A stretch of 63,234 nucleotides of DNA, counting the filler, from Reticulomyxa filosa (Eukaryota; Protista; Foraminifera): NCBI GenBank assembly GCA_000512085.1. It is 24 parts of 24 records of this genome, joined end to end, with 100 filler letters (N's around TTAATTAATTAA, not from the genome) between each part and the next. Parts side by side here need not be neighbours in the genome. Positions count along the whole stretch, not along the records: positions 1 to 5,408 come from ASPP01015411.1; positions 5,509 to 6,762 come from ASPP01025891.1; positions 6,863 to 10,467 come from ASPP01015276.1; positions 10,568 to 12,558 come from ASPP01016581.1; positions 12,659 to 14,796 come from ASPP01029550.1; 19 more parts are not named here. One strand, written 5' to 3'. A program made the position numbers and the translations under genes. Numbering within the stretch: the stretch's first letter is position 1; each line of letters starts with the position of its first letter. The notes under the pieces were generated by a model. That model worked only from the letters and a program-made list of their open reading frames with translations. It did no database searches and was not told where the DNA came from. Shown piece after piece: positions 1-13,366 of the stretch.

Positions 1-19
1 AAAAAAAAAAAAAGAGTAA

Positions 20-1010
20 CAGCAGGTGTGCACAGTTCATTAAACCGATTGACTCTTTCTGCATCCGATGAAAATAGACGTGTAGAAACAATCCTGCAGT
101 ACTGTCACAAGATATTCATACATACATTAACCTTTTTTTTTTGCGTTTAGGTTTACGCATAACCTAAGCAAAAAAAAAAAGTATACGTCTACGCACACAA
201 ATGTACACGCAAATAGCACTTTTCTACCTCCCCCCTTTGTAGAGGCTTTTTCTGTGATTGAAAAATAGGAAGAAAAAAAAAAAATGAAAACGAAGTTTTA
301 AAAAGTTATATTACCTCGAGAGATTGTCCAAGAAATTGCGGGAAAACTTTTTTCGTCAAAATAAAACTACGGTAATCATTGTCTTCCCAATCGGTACCCT
401 TGCCAACTGAGTCTTCCCATTCGCTCGTGTACTCAGTGTATTCCTCCTTGGCTATTGTCATTGAGCACGGTTTTAGTGATGAGTACACCTCACCCATATT
501 GATACATATTAGTACTGATTCCATTCGCTTTTTATTTTGTATTATTATTGCTTTGCTCTCCTTGCTCGCTCCCTTTTTTTTGTCCCCCCCTCCCCCCCCC
601 CCCCCTTGTCCTTACCCTAACTCCCCCCTCCTCCATTCTCCCTTTGTGTATCCAAAATTTCAACCCTTTCTCATGCACAAAAGAAGCAAGCAGCTAAAGG
701 CATGCCTTTTTTTAAAAAAATCTCTGGAACTCAACTTTATTTACTTCTTTACTCATCACATTACCACACATTTTGATGTTTTCAAATCCCTTGTCCTGAT
801 CAAATATTTTGTTGATTGAAGGATTGTATGCTTGTTTTTCCTTCCCTTCCCTTACTCTCAACAAATTATGTCAAAACTGCCAATCGTTGGTCACTCATTT
901 GAGGCAAAGAATGTCCATTGCGTTGCCTATTGACTGCATGATTTCTTCAAATACTTCAATCAGCTTGTGGCTGGGCAAAGTTTTTGTTAAGACCACTTGT
1001 AAAAAAAGTC
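20..1010 (-). pseudogene. Degenerate or fragmentary spliced gene of unknown product
   Basis: A coding-like minus frame at ~620-1010 is interrupted by TGA, TGA, TAA, TAG. Exon ~315-524 ends SLE|GTAATA. Small downstream exons are plausible via GT-AG introns. No family recognised. Confidence 0.3.
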
Positions 1011-1855
1011 GTTTTTTTGTTTAAGTTGTCCTCTAAAAACGGCCAAACATTTGAATATTTAAATTTAGATAAAGATTATAGTAGTAATCAAAGTTGTAAT
1101 GAGCTTATAGTATTTGAAGCAAAAAAGTGGTCACTTTAAATTTTTTAACAGGATGACTTCAATTTTTGTAACAGGTGTCAAATAAGAACGAAGTTGCGAC
1201 AAAGAAATTGTGTGAATTGTTGTATATTAACATAATGCGTAAGAAAATTCCCAATCCTATAGCACAAAAAAAAGCAACAATCTTTTTATTTTTCTGTCAA
1301 CTTCGCTGAGCAATAACGGAGATATATACATTGGCAAGCTCAATCCGGAACGTCAATACACAATCAATCCCTATTTGAGTCAGTCATCATCAGCTTTAAC
1401 GATTCTTGTTGTGGCCTATATTTTCAACGAACCTGCAGCAAAAATAACCAAATAAAGCAAGTTCAAATAAACCTTGCTCATAGCCATTAAGGACAGCACT
1501 CTTTTTGTGGTACACAAAACATTTAGTCCATGATCTAGGACAAGAGAAAATTAAAACCCTAATTCAAACATGACAAGCCAGAATGCAATTTGAGAGAAGT
1601 TAAACATTAATTGGAATAGAAATGACATTAGTGCTAGGACTTAGGATTTCCAATCCTCGTTTTTTCCTTAAAAAAAAGAAACTTTTAAATTGTTTTCAAA
1701 ATGAAAGTCAAAACCTTACAAAACAAGAATAGCTTTGTAGTAAATTTGAGCTAGTTAGAAGGACGTAAATTATCAATTTATGAAATATGAAAAAGGAAAG
1801 GTCAATTATGGCTCTGTTATGAGATGTCTCCTGGCTACAACAATGAGTATCTTAC

Positions 1856-3493
1856 TCATTTGTCTTGAGAAGTAATGTGATATTTTTGCTTGATGGTGTG
1901 GAAATACTGAACGGCACGATCATACCGAGTTTGGTACTCGTGCAACTGACTTTGTAAAAATTGGACGACGGCGTCCTTTTTGAGAAGAACGTGACGAAAG
2001 TCCAATGGTTTATTATTTTCTAAAGTTTGTGCCAATTGACTGGCTTGCAACTCTTTAATCTCAAGGATTTCCTGAAAAAATGTGAGTTGTTGTGACAACA
2101 AAAGCAGTTGTAAATTGTGACTTTGTTTCTTGTGGACCAGGTCTTTGTCGTTGTTGTCAGTCAAAAGCAAGTACTCTTGTTTCAAGTGCTGGTACTTTTG
2201 CATTAGCACTTCATACTTCCATTGCATATTTTCCAAATTGGCTGACGCCTTTAAGATATCAGTTTTAACTTTGTTGGCATGGTGTTTGTTATTTTCATAC
2301 TCTTTGAGTTGGTCTTTCAGTTCATTCAATTCATTTAAATTTTTTTTTAGCGGAGTGCTCAGATGTTTGTTTAGTTCTGTAATTTCGAGCATTAATTGTT
2401 CTTTGTTTTTTTCTTGTTTGCTGCACTCATTCAGCTCTGCTTTGAGTGTCTTGATCAGGTCCAAGTTGCTATGAGTGATATCACTGTAATAATTTTTTAT
2501 GTCTGTCAAGTTATTTGCATGAGTTTTCATTAGCTCTTGAATATGTGTATTTTTTAGATTTTCTATTTTCTTGCATTCCCTCTGTTGCAAGTCATTGTAT
2601 CTAGCTCGCAAAATTTTGAACTTTTCTTCCAATGCTTTTTTTAAGTTGTCGATTTTGGTTGTATAATTTTCGCACAAGCTTTGAACGCTCAGTTCATGGT
2701 TTAGTTTGTATTCGTTCAACAACTCTGTTTGCTTGCTTTGCACTTCCTTCTTTTTTTGCAAAAGTGTGCGGGTCCCTGCACCTAAGTAGTGACTCTCTTC
2801 ACTGTGCTGTTTTTCCAGTGTCTTTAAAATAGACTCCGATTCGATGCGCACGTCGCTGATTGTCCACTGATGCTCCATTAGCAAATGCCGCACTTTTTCT
2901 TGGTATATCTATGCAATACCAGTCATTTTTTTTAAAAAAAAATTTTTTTTTTTTTTTTTTTATGATATTTCATAAACATGTGTATTCGTGCTGATCGAGC
3001 CATTCGTCTTGATGAAGAGAGAGAGAACAAAAGGAAATTTCATTCTTCATCCTAAAAGATAAAATACACATACACAAAAATTGTTAATGATATTGCTGAG
3101 GACAAAACTCTTAATTCGTTTTGTTGCTGTAATTCTAATTCCTCTTTTTCAATAAATTTGTTTCGAATCGTGGTTTTCATGTTTTCCAACTTGTCCTTTT
3201 CTGACTCCCAAAGTACTTGCAATTGTTCAATTTCTTTCTCAAATCCACCCATCATTTTTTCCTCAATTTCAATCTCTTTCTTCAGATGTCGGCATTTTTG
3301 TATCAATGACTTTTCTTCATCCGTGTGTACCAGTTCTGCAGCATTATTTTCGGTCTCCGTGGGTATCCTTGTGGCTTCGTTTTTTAAGTGTTTTTGTGCA
3401 CTTATGAAGGAATCAAAACAAACAAAAGAAAGATATTTATGAATAACTGTTTTTTTTTTGTTTATCTTTTGTTCTTGATGGCTTGGCCGTCAT
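1856..3493 (-). CDS. GAS8: Dynein regulatory complex subunit 4 / growth-arrest-specific 8 (flagellar N-DRC), 3 exons
   Basis: Motifs QQQNELR|IYQEKVRHLLMEHQ and IKNYYSDITHSNLDLIKTLK match DRC4/GAS8. GT-AG intron at 3108->2909. Probable ATG at 3493 (MTAKPSRTKDK) with a short first intron whose phase needs a 1-nt poly-A correction. Confidence 0.88.
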
Positions 3494-4716
3494 GAGTGCT
3501 TCTTAAAAGACTAATATTTCATTTAATCAAAATAACTCGGTAAATCTATGCTTTTCTTCATAATTGAACACGATTTTAAAAATCTTTGAGATGACAATTC
3601 GGCTTGAGCAAAAGTGATTAGACAAAGAATGTAAACAGTTTAAAGTAAAATATTTTTTTTGTAGCGTCGTTGATAGGTGGTATAACACAGAGTTTCTTTG
3701 TTGTCTTGCAAATTTGCAATTTATTTCGGAGTCGCATCAAAAAATAATCGTTTTTAAAAACATTAACAAAAGAAAAATCGACAATCGATAAAAGTTGAAA
3801 ATAAATCCAACGCTCATATTTTGCATTTTTTCAGCTTTACATTAGGCAGTATCCTGACCGCATAATACTTTAAAGTTTATACAAAGAGTATACTTCAAAT
3901 AGTTTTACAATTTAAAATAATACTTAACAAGAGAGCAAATGAGAATCTAATAATTACAATGTCAATCATTATAATTAATCATTTATTTGTTTGCTTTGTA
4001 TCGAAAACAGATAAATTAATTATTATTAGTTTACACTTAATTGCTTATTGAATAATAACATAATTTTATGAAGGATAAATTGTGAATGTGCATACAGTTT
4101 TTAGTAAACTTGTTTTTTTTACTTTTATATCTTACATTCCTTTGAATTTAAAGCTATTTACTTTTTTTTCTTTTGGTTGTAATGCAAAACTAACACGTCA
4201 AGTAGTTTAAATTATAAAATCAAGTACTTAATGCATAAAAAAAGCATAAATCTCCAGTTACCACACTATGAACAAAGCATTGGCGCTTGGGCTAGAGTAA
4301 TTTTAGACATTCGCGGTTCTGTAATCTTTTTTGTCTATTTTCTTCTTTCGATGCGGAGTTCTTTACAATTATCCTTTTTATTTGCTTAGTTTTTGTTGCA
4401 GTATTTAATTTGATTGAAATATCATTTTTTTGTGATACTTTGTGACCACAGTATATGTTTTTATACTGATTTATGATATTCGTGGATGTTTCACCAGAGA
4501 CGGTACTGTAGGCCCATATTATTTAGTACAATACGTATAGTGGTGATATTCAATAAAAGACATTTGTAAAGATTAGATTATATTATTGCTAAATAAATAA
4601 AAATTGTAATGATTTTAATTGCTTTTTTTTACTTTGAACAACATTATACAAAAATGTGTTACCTCTTACTGTGAACGCTCAATTCATGTTCCCGTTATTC
4701 AAAAAAACAAAAAAAA

Positions 4717-5303
4717 ATGAGATTCAGCCCCGAAACTGAGGAATATGTAATTTTTTCTCAAGTATTATATTGCATTGGCACAGTGATATTGACCTTTTGT
4801 TTCGGCTTGCATGCATATGTGACACATAAATTTTTAAAAAGTCAAGCGGAAGAGCTTAAGCAAAATCCGAATCAATGGTCAGAGAGAGGTATCCCAAGCA
4901 CATATACCGCAATGCATCACATGGACTAGTATTATTATTGATGCTACTGTACATATTGTTTAACGTGAATTCATGTCTGAACTACTTTGGTTTGGCTCAA
5001 AATCATTTCCGCATGTCGTGCCACACAGTGCAAGTGATGAGTGTAATATTTTTCAATTCGGCCAAGCAAATAATGTATTTAGTGTTTATAATCCGATTGA
5101 AGCTAGTGTTCGACGAGGCAAACTTTTGGAGGATGTGTTACGTCAAAGGCGGAATGTATACAGCAGTTGTTTTGCTCTTCGCCTACGTAGTTGTCATGTT
5201 GACTCTCACCAGCGTATATGCATCGGGGGCTATGTTTTACGGATTCAACAATCGAGCTATTTACTGTATTTTGGAAGGTCTGAAAACCCAAACAAGCAAA
5301 TAA
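4717..5303 (+). CDS. Multi-pass (7TM-like) membrane protein, 5' part; frameshift near 4910; truncated by contig end
   Basis: Overlapping ORFs 4717..4929 and 4875..5303 give about 4 consecutive hydrophobic helices, including KQIMYLVFIIRLKLVF. Confidence 0.5.
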
Positions 5304-5358
5304 AATTTTTTTTTTTTTTTTCACCAAACAATATGTGTACTCATAATATAGTATATTT

Positions 5359-5401
<43 letters not shown>

Positions 5402-5408
5402 TAATATA

Positions 5409-5508
5409 NNNNNNNNNNNNNNNNNNNNNNNNNNNNNNNNNNNNNNNNNNNNTTAATTAATTAANNNNNNNNNNNNNNNNNNNNNNNNNNNNNNNNNNNN
5501 NNNNNNNN
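5409..5508. other. Artificial contig spacer (N44-TTAATTAATTAA-N44); first of 23
   Basis: Identical 100-nt spacer with stops in all six frames starts at 5409, 6763, 10468, 12559, 14797, 17598, 19787, 22258, 24352, 25962, 27425, 29315, 35503, 36837, 38052, 42919, 44370, 47673, 48871, 51561, 54824, 56761 and 58046. Genes across spacers are not linked. Confidence 0.99.
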
Positions 5509-5900
5509 CCCATGATCCAGAACATATCACATTTGAATTACCAATACTATTCTTTATTACAAATGGTGAATATTCAGCAGCACACACATAACTTGTGTGT
5601 CCACTGAACACTTGAATTTTTATCAGATCGAATATCCCACAAACGAACACTTTTATCATTTGATCCATATTTTACACTGATCCAGAACAAATTGTATATC
5701 CATTTCCACCAATCACACCAATATTATTCATTTTATTATTATTATCATTTTTGTTATTGTTATTTCGTGGAAAGTCAACAAAAAATTAATAAGTTTCTAA
5801 TTTGAAACTTGATCTTGATTTGTTTGTTCAAATGTTTTATTGATATGCGAACCTTTGAAATATCTTGAAAATTCGCTAACCAGGAGATAAAAAATCATTA
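5509..5900 (-). pseudogene. WD40-repeat gene fragment, degenerate
   Basis: FSGHTSYVCAAEYSPFVIKNSIGNSNVICSGSW and an upstream GNGYTICSGS repeat lie in shifted frames. Confidence 0.75.
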
Positions 5901-6906
5901 TATGTAAACTTATAATCTAGTCAATATTGTTATAGAATTTTTGATTTAGAAAAGAATAGAAATAATTTCAACAACATCATAGTAGTTTATGTTTCGATTG
6001 GACACAACACTTTGTATACGTTATAAAAAAGGACAACTCAAAATAATCTCATTAATTTGGACTGCAAAAAAAGGTAATTTGGTTTAACAATAATAAAACA
6101 AAAAAAATTCATTTCGTTTAATTTAGGAATAACAGAAAAAGAGGTAGAAATTTGAACAGTTTTTCTGGTCAATCTGATAAATACACATTTAATCCTAGTA
6201 AAACAGTGATTTCACAGGTTTTTTTTTCATTTTGTTCAGCTTTGCTTTAACTTGGATTAACGAATTGACGCTATTTTATTCCGACTTACAAAAAGTGCTT
6301 CTATTATATCTACAAAGGGGGAGGGTTCCTCTTTGAAACAAGAGACTATGTGTACACGAGGACCTTTTGTGACATCGTCCCCCTTTTCCCTCTTTTTTTT
6401 TTTAAAGAAAATTCTTTATGTACGTAAACAAAAAAAAAAAAATGCGCTTATAAAAATAATGAAAGGTTTTGTGAAGGATGATACTGCAACCCGAACCCAA
6501 GTATTTTTTCTTATTTTCCAAATTACAATTGATGATTGACATTTTGTTTGTTTGTCGTGATATAATTACATTTTAGGTGATAATGAGCAAAGATAGTCGC
6601 CATAGTGTAACCATGAACATAACAAAAGAAAATTGTGTATGTGATGCAGATGTGATAGATTTGAGTGTGGATGGAGTTATTTATTACAAGTTACCAGTAT
6701 TCTTCGAAGGCAATGCATATTATTAAAAAAATATATAATAAAGAATAAAGACACTGAAGCAANNNNNNNNNNNNNNNNNNNNNNNNNNNNNNNNNNNNNN
6801 NNNNNNTTAATTAATTAANNNNNNNNNNNNNNNNNNNNNNNNNNNNNNNNNNNNNNNNNNNNTTTTGAGAATTTAAAAAAAAAAAAGCATAATAGCAGAG
6901 CTTTTT

Positions 6907-7311
6907 TTATTGACGGTTGTTTATTTTCTTAATGGGGAAGATGCGATTCTCCGCAATTCCGTTTTCAACAAGTTTAAAAAAAAAAAAAACAAGGTAGCGG
7001 AAAGCGCAGAGACGATTGTGTAGAAGAATAGAAAGTGTATGAAATGGATTGAATGTAACTCGGATCGTAGCTAAATCAATTGGTCTGTTTGGATGTATTA
7101 CTTTGCAATAGTGTGTATACTCAGCACTGCTGGCAAAGTAGTTCGCACCCATTTGCTCAGAGTACCATGCTGATTTGTCGTCTAAATTCAATGTATTAAA
7201 TGCATTCAACACTTTTGCCCACTCCGCATCTTTACCTTGCACTAATATTGGTGTCACCAATTTTGGTCGATGATCTAAGTAACGTGGCTCCATCATTTCC
7301 CAGCAATACAA
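6907..7311 (-). CDS. Divergent bromodomain-like protein fragment
   Basis: WAKVLNAF...DDKSAWYSE...YCKVIHPNRPIDLATIR resembles the bromodomain alphaZ/ZA-loop consensus (SWPF...YY.VI..PMDL.TI). Likely donor after TIR. Confidence 0.5.
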   Translation of the reverse strand: MYCWEMMEPRYLDHRPKLVTPILVQGKDAEWAKVLNAFNTLNLDDKSAWYSEQMGANYFASSAEYTHYCKVIHPNRPIDLATIRVTFNPFHTLSILLHNRLCAFRYLVFFFFKLVENGIAENRIFPIKKINNRQ

Positions 7312-7949
7312 ATAGGAAAGATTGGATTATGTTGCTTTTTTTTTTTTTTTGTTGTATTTTTTTGTTTTTTATTTTATGTTATTCTTTTCTGTTACGCTTT
7401 CGTCATTGATCCGAACAATTCAGATCACAGATTTCGTCAACAGATTTTTGTCAAAACTTTACAAATGGTATCTTAAAAAAAAAGTTATTCATTATTCTGG
7501 GAGAGGTAAAAAGGAAGCAATTTCGAAGAAGTTGACACATTCCCAGATTTGAACTCCAAAATTGAAAACATGTGCTAACTTGAAGTTCAAACATAAAAAC
7601 AAAAGTTAATAGACTCACATTCTTTTAGGCCAGGAACAACAATTATCCCGTGCGCAAAAAAAAACCCGGAACTTTGGTTATCCCTTTAAAAACGCTTTAG
7701 TTCCGTTACGTTTGTAAGAGCAAGAGAAAATTCGTTATATTTTCTTGCATTTTCGTTGGGAAAAAACAATAATAGAATCCTAGAAAAATGTAAGGAAGCA
7801 CTGATTCAAAGTGTAATACGAAAATATTAAGTTTTAGTTTGTTTTTTTTTTAAAGAAAATAATTAAATAAGATCAAAAATGAAACAAAAAAATAAAATTG
7901 GTGAAAGAAGAAGTATAAACGTTTTAGGAAGAATGGATTCAGTCTGGAG

Positions 7950-8520
7950 TGAACATCCCTTTACATTCCATCATTTGCTATAAACAGTATATATTTTCGT
8001 CCTGAAGAAGAATGACATCAATCGAAAAAATTCATTCATATGAATTCATTATCAAATAAATTTGTAACTGAAAAAGAAAAGAATAATGGAAAAAATCAAG
8101 TAATGTTATGTCTTAAATTTATATTATGGTTCAGCAAAGATCCAGATCTTAAGACATTTTATTCCGTTATGTTTCTTATTTATTGATCATATACAACACC
8201 TTGCTATTTGATCTAATATCCAAAAAAACGAATTATCTAAAGATCCAGAACATATCACATAGACTACAACCAGCGTTAAAAATTTACTTCAAATTGTGAG
8301 TATCAACAGTATTCATACAATGTTTATGCCGACTGAATCTTGAATTTATTGATATGATCGAATATCCATAAACGAACACTTTTATCATATTTGTATATAC
8401 TACCACAAATCAAACTAATATTGATATAATTTTTGTTATTGTTTTGTATGAAAAATTCGCAAAAATAGTATTGCAGAATCAAAAAGAAAATTATATCAGC
8501 AATTCGGATTTGTTGATTAA
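7950..8520 (-). pseudogene. Highly degenerate WD40-repeat pseudogene
   Basis: Remnants such as GCSLCDMFWIFR (frameshifted VICSGSLD) and nucleotide similarity to the 5509-5900 WD40 fragment (gatccagaacatatcaca; gatcgaatatcc..aaacgaacacttttatcat). Confidence 0.55.
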
Positions 8521-9557
8521 TTCAACACAACTATTAATAATTCTTGATTATTAATTTGATATATTATCCTATGCAAAAATATAATAAAAACATGAAGAAA
8601 TGTTTCTGAAATCATGAAATGAAAATTATGATGTCAGTTTTGATTTAATTTGTTTACCACGGCTAACTGTTGTCATTCTTTAATACACTAATCCTTTTTC
8701 TTAAGTTCGTCTTGCGCAATTCATCAAATAACTTTTCTTTGTTTTTCAGTTGGAATCTTTTTTTTTTACAGATTTTCATTGAGAAAAGCAAATTATTATA
8801 TGACTATAATATATTTGACTAAGTTCGTATTGTATGTCAGATACATTTTCAACTGGAAGTCTAAGAAATTTAATTAAAAGATAATCTTTTTCAAGGCATC
8901 TATATGAAAGAGATTCTTAAAAAATTATATAAATCATTGATAATATATATTCAGTAAATTTATTTCTGAACAAGTTTTTTTGCAGAAACAATAAGATAAT
9001 TCAATACACTTCAAATTTGAAGTTTTTTAGATTACATTTTATGTTGGGAAACACTGAAGCAAGACAATAATGTAGATATAATATTTCAAATGGATAATAA
9101 GCTAATTAAGAAAAGATGAACCAAATAACAATAATATCAAATATTGATGAAAAAGAGGACAGGAATAAAAAATACTAAGAAAAAACAAATTCAATCAACA
9201 AAACAAGCGAATAATAATGAAAAAGATATTTTTATTATGTCAAGAACAAACTCAAAAATAAAACAAAGATTAAAGTCGATGAAAAAGGAAGAAACCGCAC
9301 TTTTTCTTGCAGTATACGTGTTATAAAACGAGATTTAATTATTTATTGCAAAAACTTTTATTTTAACGCTACTTAAATTAGAAAGCGTTATCATAAGAAA
9401 ATACACGCTGATATAAGAAAGAAAATTCAATGTATCATCTGGATTGATCTTAGGAATTCAATAAATGATCGTCCCGCACAGGGTCCTCAAGACGGGGACA
9501 CAAAACGCAGGAAAATCCTGTATGAGTATTAATTTAGGGACAGAAGGTGACTTAGTC

Positions 9558-10467
9558 ATGTCGTCTATGAATGTTATTTTTGGTTATATTCTGGGTGCGA
9601 TTGTGATTTTAGTTGATCTCATTTTAACAATAACGTTTTTACAGAGAACAAAGGTGTCGTTTAGCACAAAATATACAGCTGACTTGCACTTTGCAAAAGC
9701 GAATGACAAATGGCTAAAAGGAACAAGATTATCCGGTGTTATATTTTGTTTGTTTCATTTGTTGGTAATATGTTTGGTGATGTATGTACGAACCAAGGAC
9801 CTAAGTACTAGACTGTCATATGTCTACTGGATATCTCAAACAATTTGGATTTTATTTGAGCACTTGGCAATTGTGCTTATCACTCAACGAGTGAGTGTTC
9901 CTTGTGCCAAAAAAAAAAAGAGGAGGGGGGGGGGGAACATACGAGAGAAAAAAAAAAGTAAAAAAAAAATTTGAATGTTGTCAGATTATTCACGCGTACT
10001 CAAATACAACCAGTCCATTTGCCCCATTTCGAAAATGGTTTCAAAATCATGTGGAAAAGTTGGATGTGATGTTGTGGCTATTGTTCGCATTGACAGTGGT
10101 ATCACTGACATTCGCGCCAATAGCAATGTTGTTGAACGTATACAACATCGGCGCTGAAAAGATGAACGCAATGCAGAGCTCTATTGCCAACGCGACACGT
10201 TTATTGACTGCAGTATTGATACTGTTGTGTATGTTAATCATTGCATGCTTCTTTACATGGATTGCCGAAAAGTCACAAAAATTGGCTGGCTTTACCGCTT
10301 TGTCACGGCGCATTGTTGCAAAAGAGACGATTAAACTATGTATTAATTTTTTTTTTTTTTTTTTTCTTCCATCTCTTCCCCCCCCCCCCTTTTCTCCAAA
10401 TTCAAATACATATACAGCATGTGTATATATATATATTTGTGAGTCCATTTTCAGTAAGTTTGAAACA
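9558..10467 (+). CDS. Multi-pass (7TM-like) membrane protein, spliced, 3' truncated
   Basis: ORFs 9465..9974 and 9895..10515 give about 5 hydrophobic helices. A GTGAGT donor at ~9891 and a CAG acceptor at ~9984 flank a homopolymer-rich intron. Confidence 0.55.
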
Positions 10468-10567
10468 NNNNNNNNNNNNNNNNNNNNNNNNNNNNNNNNN
10501 NNNNNNNNNNNTTAATTAATTAANNNNNNNNNNNNNNNNNNNNNNNNNNNNNNNNNNNNNNNNNNNN

Positions 10568-12450
10568 GAAGAAGAAGAAGAAGAAGCAGTGATGGGCTTT
10601 TTAATGTCTATCCTTTGTTGTTCTTTCTCCGAAGGCTTCAATTGCTTGCGTTTGGACGGCACTTTGAAACTGGTTTTGGAGGGAATCAAGTTTTGTCGCT
10701 TGTCAATTTCAGCGATCAGAATGCTATACTTTTTCTCTTTCTTTACATTGGCCACGCTCGTGCCTTTCACACCTGCTTTCAGCTTCTTATTTTTACTGCT
10801 CTTCTTGCGGCTTATGTTGCTCTTGTTGCCGTCTTTTTTCGTGCTCGGCGGCACTACCAGCTTTGGCTGACCTTTATCTTTACTTATCCCTCGGTTACGA
10901 GCTGTCTCTTCTACCGATGGTTTGCTATTTACCTTTGTAGTTTTGGGCAGCGGGTTCGGTACCACCTTTTCTGCCTATATACATATTTATATACATATAT
11001 ACATATATGTGTATGTATATTTAATTAATGATATATACGACAGACATAACAGGTGCAGGTGGAGTTTGTTGTGATTCACTCTGCGGAGAAGGAGAAACGG
11101 AAGGTTTGGTTTGCGACTGTTTCAAAGGCATATCGAAGGTGGCAGCAGCAGTGGTAGTAGTGGCAGTGGCAGTGGTAGAAGGAGCAGCAGTAGTGGCGGT
11201 AGCAGTCGAAGTGGAGCCAGTGGTAGTGGTAGTGGAAGTGGATGTAGTGGCATTAGTAGCAGTAACAGTAGCAGAAGTAGTAGTAGCAGGAGTAGTAGCA
11301 GTAGTCGTAGTTGTAGTGATAGCGGCAGATGACTCACCTGGCTGACCTGATTCACTGTCGGTACTCATGTCATCTTGACTTCGTTTTTTACGCGGGGTGC
11401 TCTTTTGTTTCGTCTTGACTGCGTTGGACTTGCTTGCGCGGGGAGTCGATGAATACACGCGATGACGCTCTCGTGAGGAATCGCGTCCCCTTTCCTTTGC
11501 TTGGCTGTCTTGATCTGCTGCCGGTGGGCTGGCATTTCCAGCTCGGCTATTCTCTCGTGCTTCCTGTTTATGTGTTTGGGATTGGTATGCCATTTTGCAC
11601 AAAAAATGAAAGACTGAGTTTCCATGGTTAGTCACGTATACTTAAAATCCCATTGTCGTTTTTTTTTTTTTTACATTCGTGTGTATATGCACGGCTATTA
11701 AAGCTTGTGTGTCTTTTCTCGCAAATAAAAACAAACTGGTTTTTTTGAGGTTTTCGGAATCATGGCAGAACTAGCACGAGTTCTTCCATCTTTTGTCTGA
11801 GTGGATGCAAGTTTGTCATCCACGGGACTCTCTGTTGCTGGTGGTGTTGTTATCACGGTTGTTGCCGCTGCCGTTGCGATTGTCGTTGTCGCTGTTGTTG
11901 TTGTTGTTGTTGCTGCTGTTGTTGCTGTTGCTGCAGTTGTTCCACTCGTTCCATTATTTGCTGTGCCAACTACTTCTCCTGTTCCTGGTGTTCCGGCTCC
12001 GGTGCTACTTGTGTCTGGAACAGAGGACGCACTGTTTTCATTTTCTTGCGAATTGTTATCCTTGCGGCCAATATCACGTGGAGCTAATTTTCTTTCCATT
12101 TCTGCCTTTTTTTCTTTTGTTTTATTTTGTTTGGCTTCGTTTGGAATACGTTTATATACACATATAAATGTACAAATGTATATATGTATATATGTATATA
12201 TATACATATATGTATGTATATTATGCAAGAAATAACTTTTCTCATTTTCAGTGTCCAAAGATTTCCTTCGTATTCTCGCGACAGAAGGCTCTTCCAAAAA
12301 CGAGATTGTAACGTCCGCGCTCAGAGAACTATCTTTGAATTCAGGTGGATTCCAATCCGATCGGCCTATGGCACGTGGCCCCCATTTCTTTCTTGGCTCA
12401 TCCGCTCCAGGTGCCGGGGATTTGCTGCGAGCATTTGGAACGTGCTGCAT
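10568..12450 (-). CDS. Low-complexity Thr/Ser/Lys-rich hypothetical protein (several exons, both ends missing)
   Basis: Successive minus-strand ORFs (11698..12450, 11021..11635, 10516..10965) are separated by (TA)n-rich intron-like segments. Poly-T/A tracts are encoded by trinucleotide repeats. Confidence 0.55.
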
Positions 12451-12511
12451 GTAGTTGACTGCTTCCTAATTTTTTTTGGTTTTTGTTTTTTTGTAATAAA
12501 AAGATGGTTTC

Positions 12512-12550
<39 letters not shown>

Positions 12551-13366
12551 ATTTTTTTNNNNNNNNNNNNNNNNNNNNNNNNNNNNNNNNNNNNNNNNNN
12601 NNTTAATTAATTAANNNNNNNNNNNNNNNNNNNNNNNNNNNNNNNNNNNNNNNNNNNNCTTATCAGTGTCATATACAATGAAGGTACTGTCACCATGCTA
12701 TGACTTTGATGTTGAAAGATAGTAGCATACTCGTTTTGCTATATCTTCGAGCTTATCACTGGCGCTATAGCTTTCACTTAACCTTAGAAGCTTTGAGCAA
12801 ATAACATGGTGATGTGGCAATGCATACAAAAATATTAATAAAAAAAGACGAACGAAAGATACAATCTTTTTTTTTGTTGGTCCTCATAGTTGCTGTTTTT
12901 TTTTTTGATTATCATAGTTTTTTTTTCTGGAGTGGGTACTACCACACTTTTTACATAATGCGTGTGTAGGTTAACTCATTAAGATATAAATAGTCTTAAT
13001 GATCAAGTGTTCTTTGACATTAAGAATTTTATTTTCTTTCACAAAGAATTTTTTACTTAATAACCAAAAACATTCAGCATAACTAACTTAAAAAAAATCT
13101 TAAAACACAGTTAGTGTTTTTTTTCTGTTATAAATTGAATAGTATTTCAGGGTGAATGATGTTGACAACAACATCTGAAGAAAATTATCTATTGACTGAT
13201 GTAATTACAAAAATTTTTTATTTTAATGTTTTAAATTTGAAAAAATCGAAATTGTGACAATTCTTAAAAATATCAAACAATTGGAAGAACTAATAAACTG
13301 TTTAAAAAACGCAAAAAAGGGAGAAGTATTTTCAAGTTTTTAATATAAAAGTTCATCAATAACATT

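Noticed and set aside
85-131. Possible UxxC selenoprotein motif (TTG TGA CAG TAC TGC, minus strand)
   Set aside because: The TGA falls inside a plausible 38-nt GT-AG intron that restores an open frame.
600-1010. Alternative genetic code suggested by in-frame stops
   Set aside because: All three stop types interrupt this frame, and conserved genes terminate normally at TAA or TGA with no internal stops, so pseudogenisation explains it.
3400-3450. Non-GT splice donor in DRC4 intron 1
   Set aside because: A GT donor works if the adjacent A10 run is one base longer, and all other well-supported introns are GT-AG.
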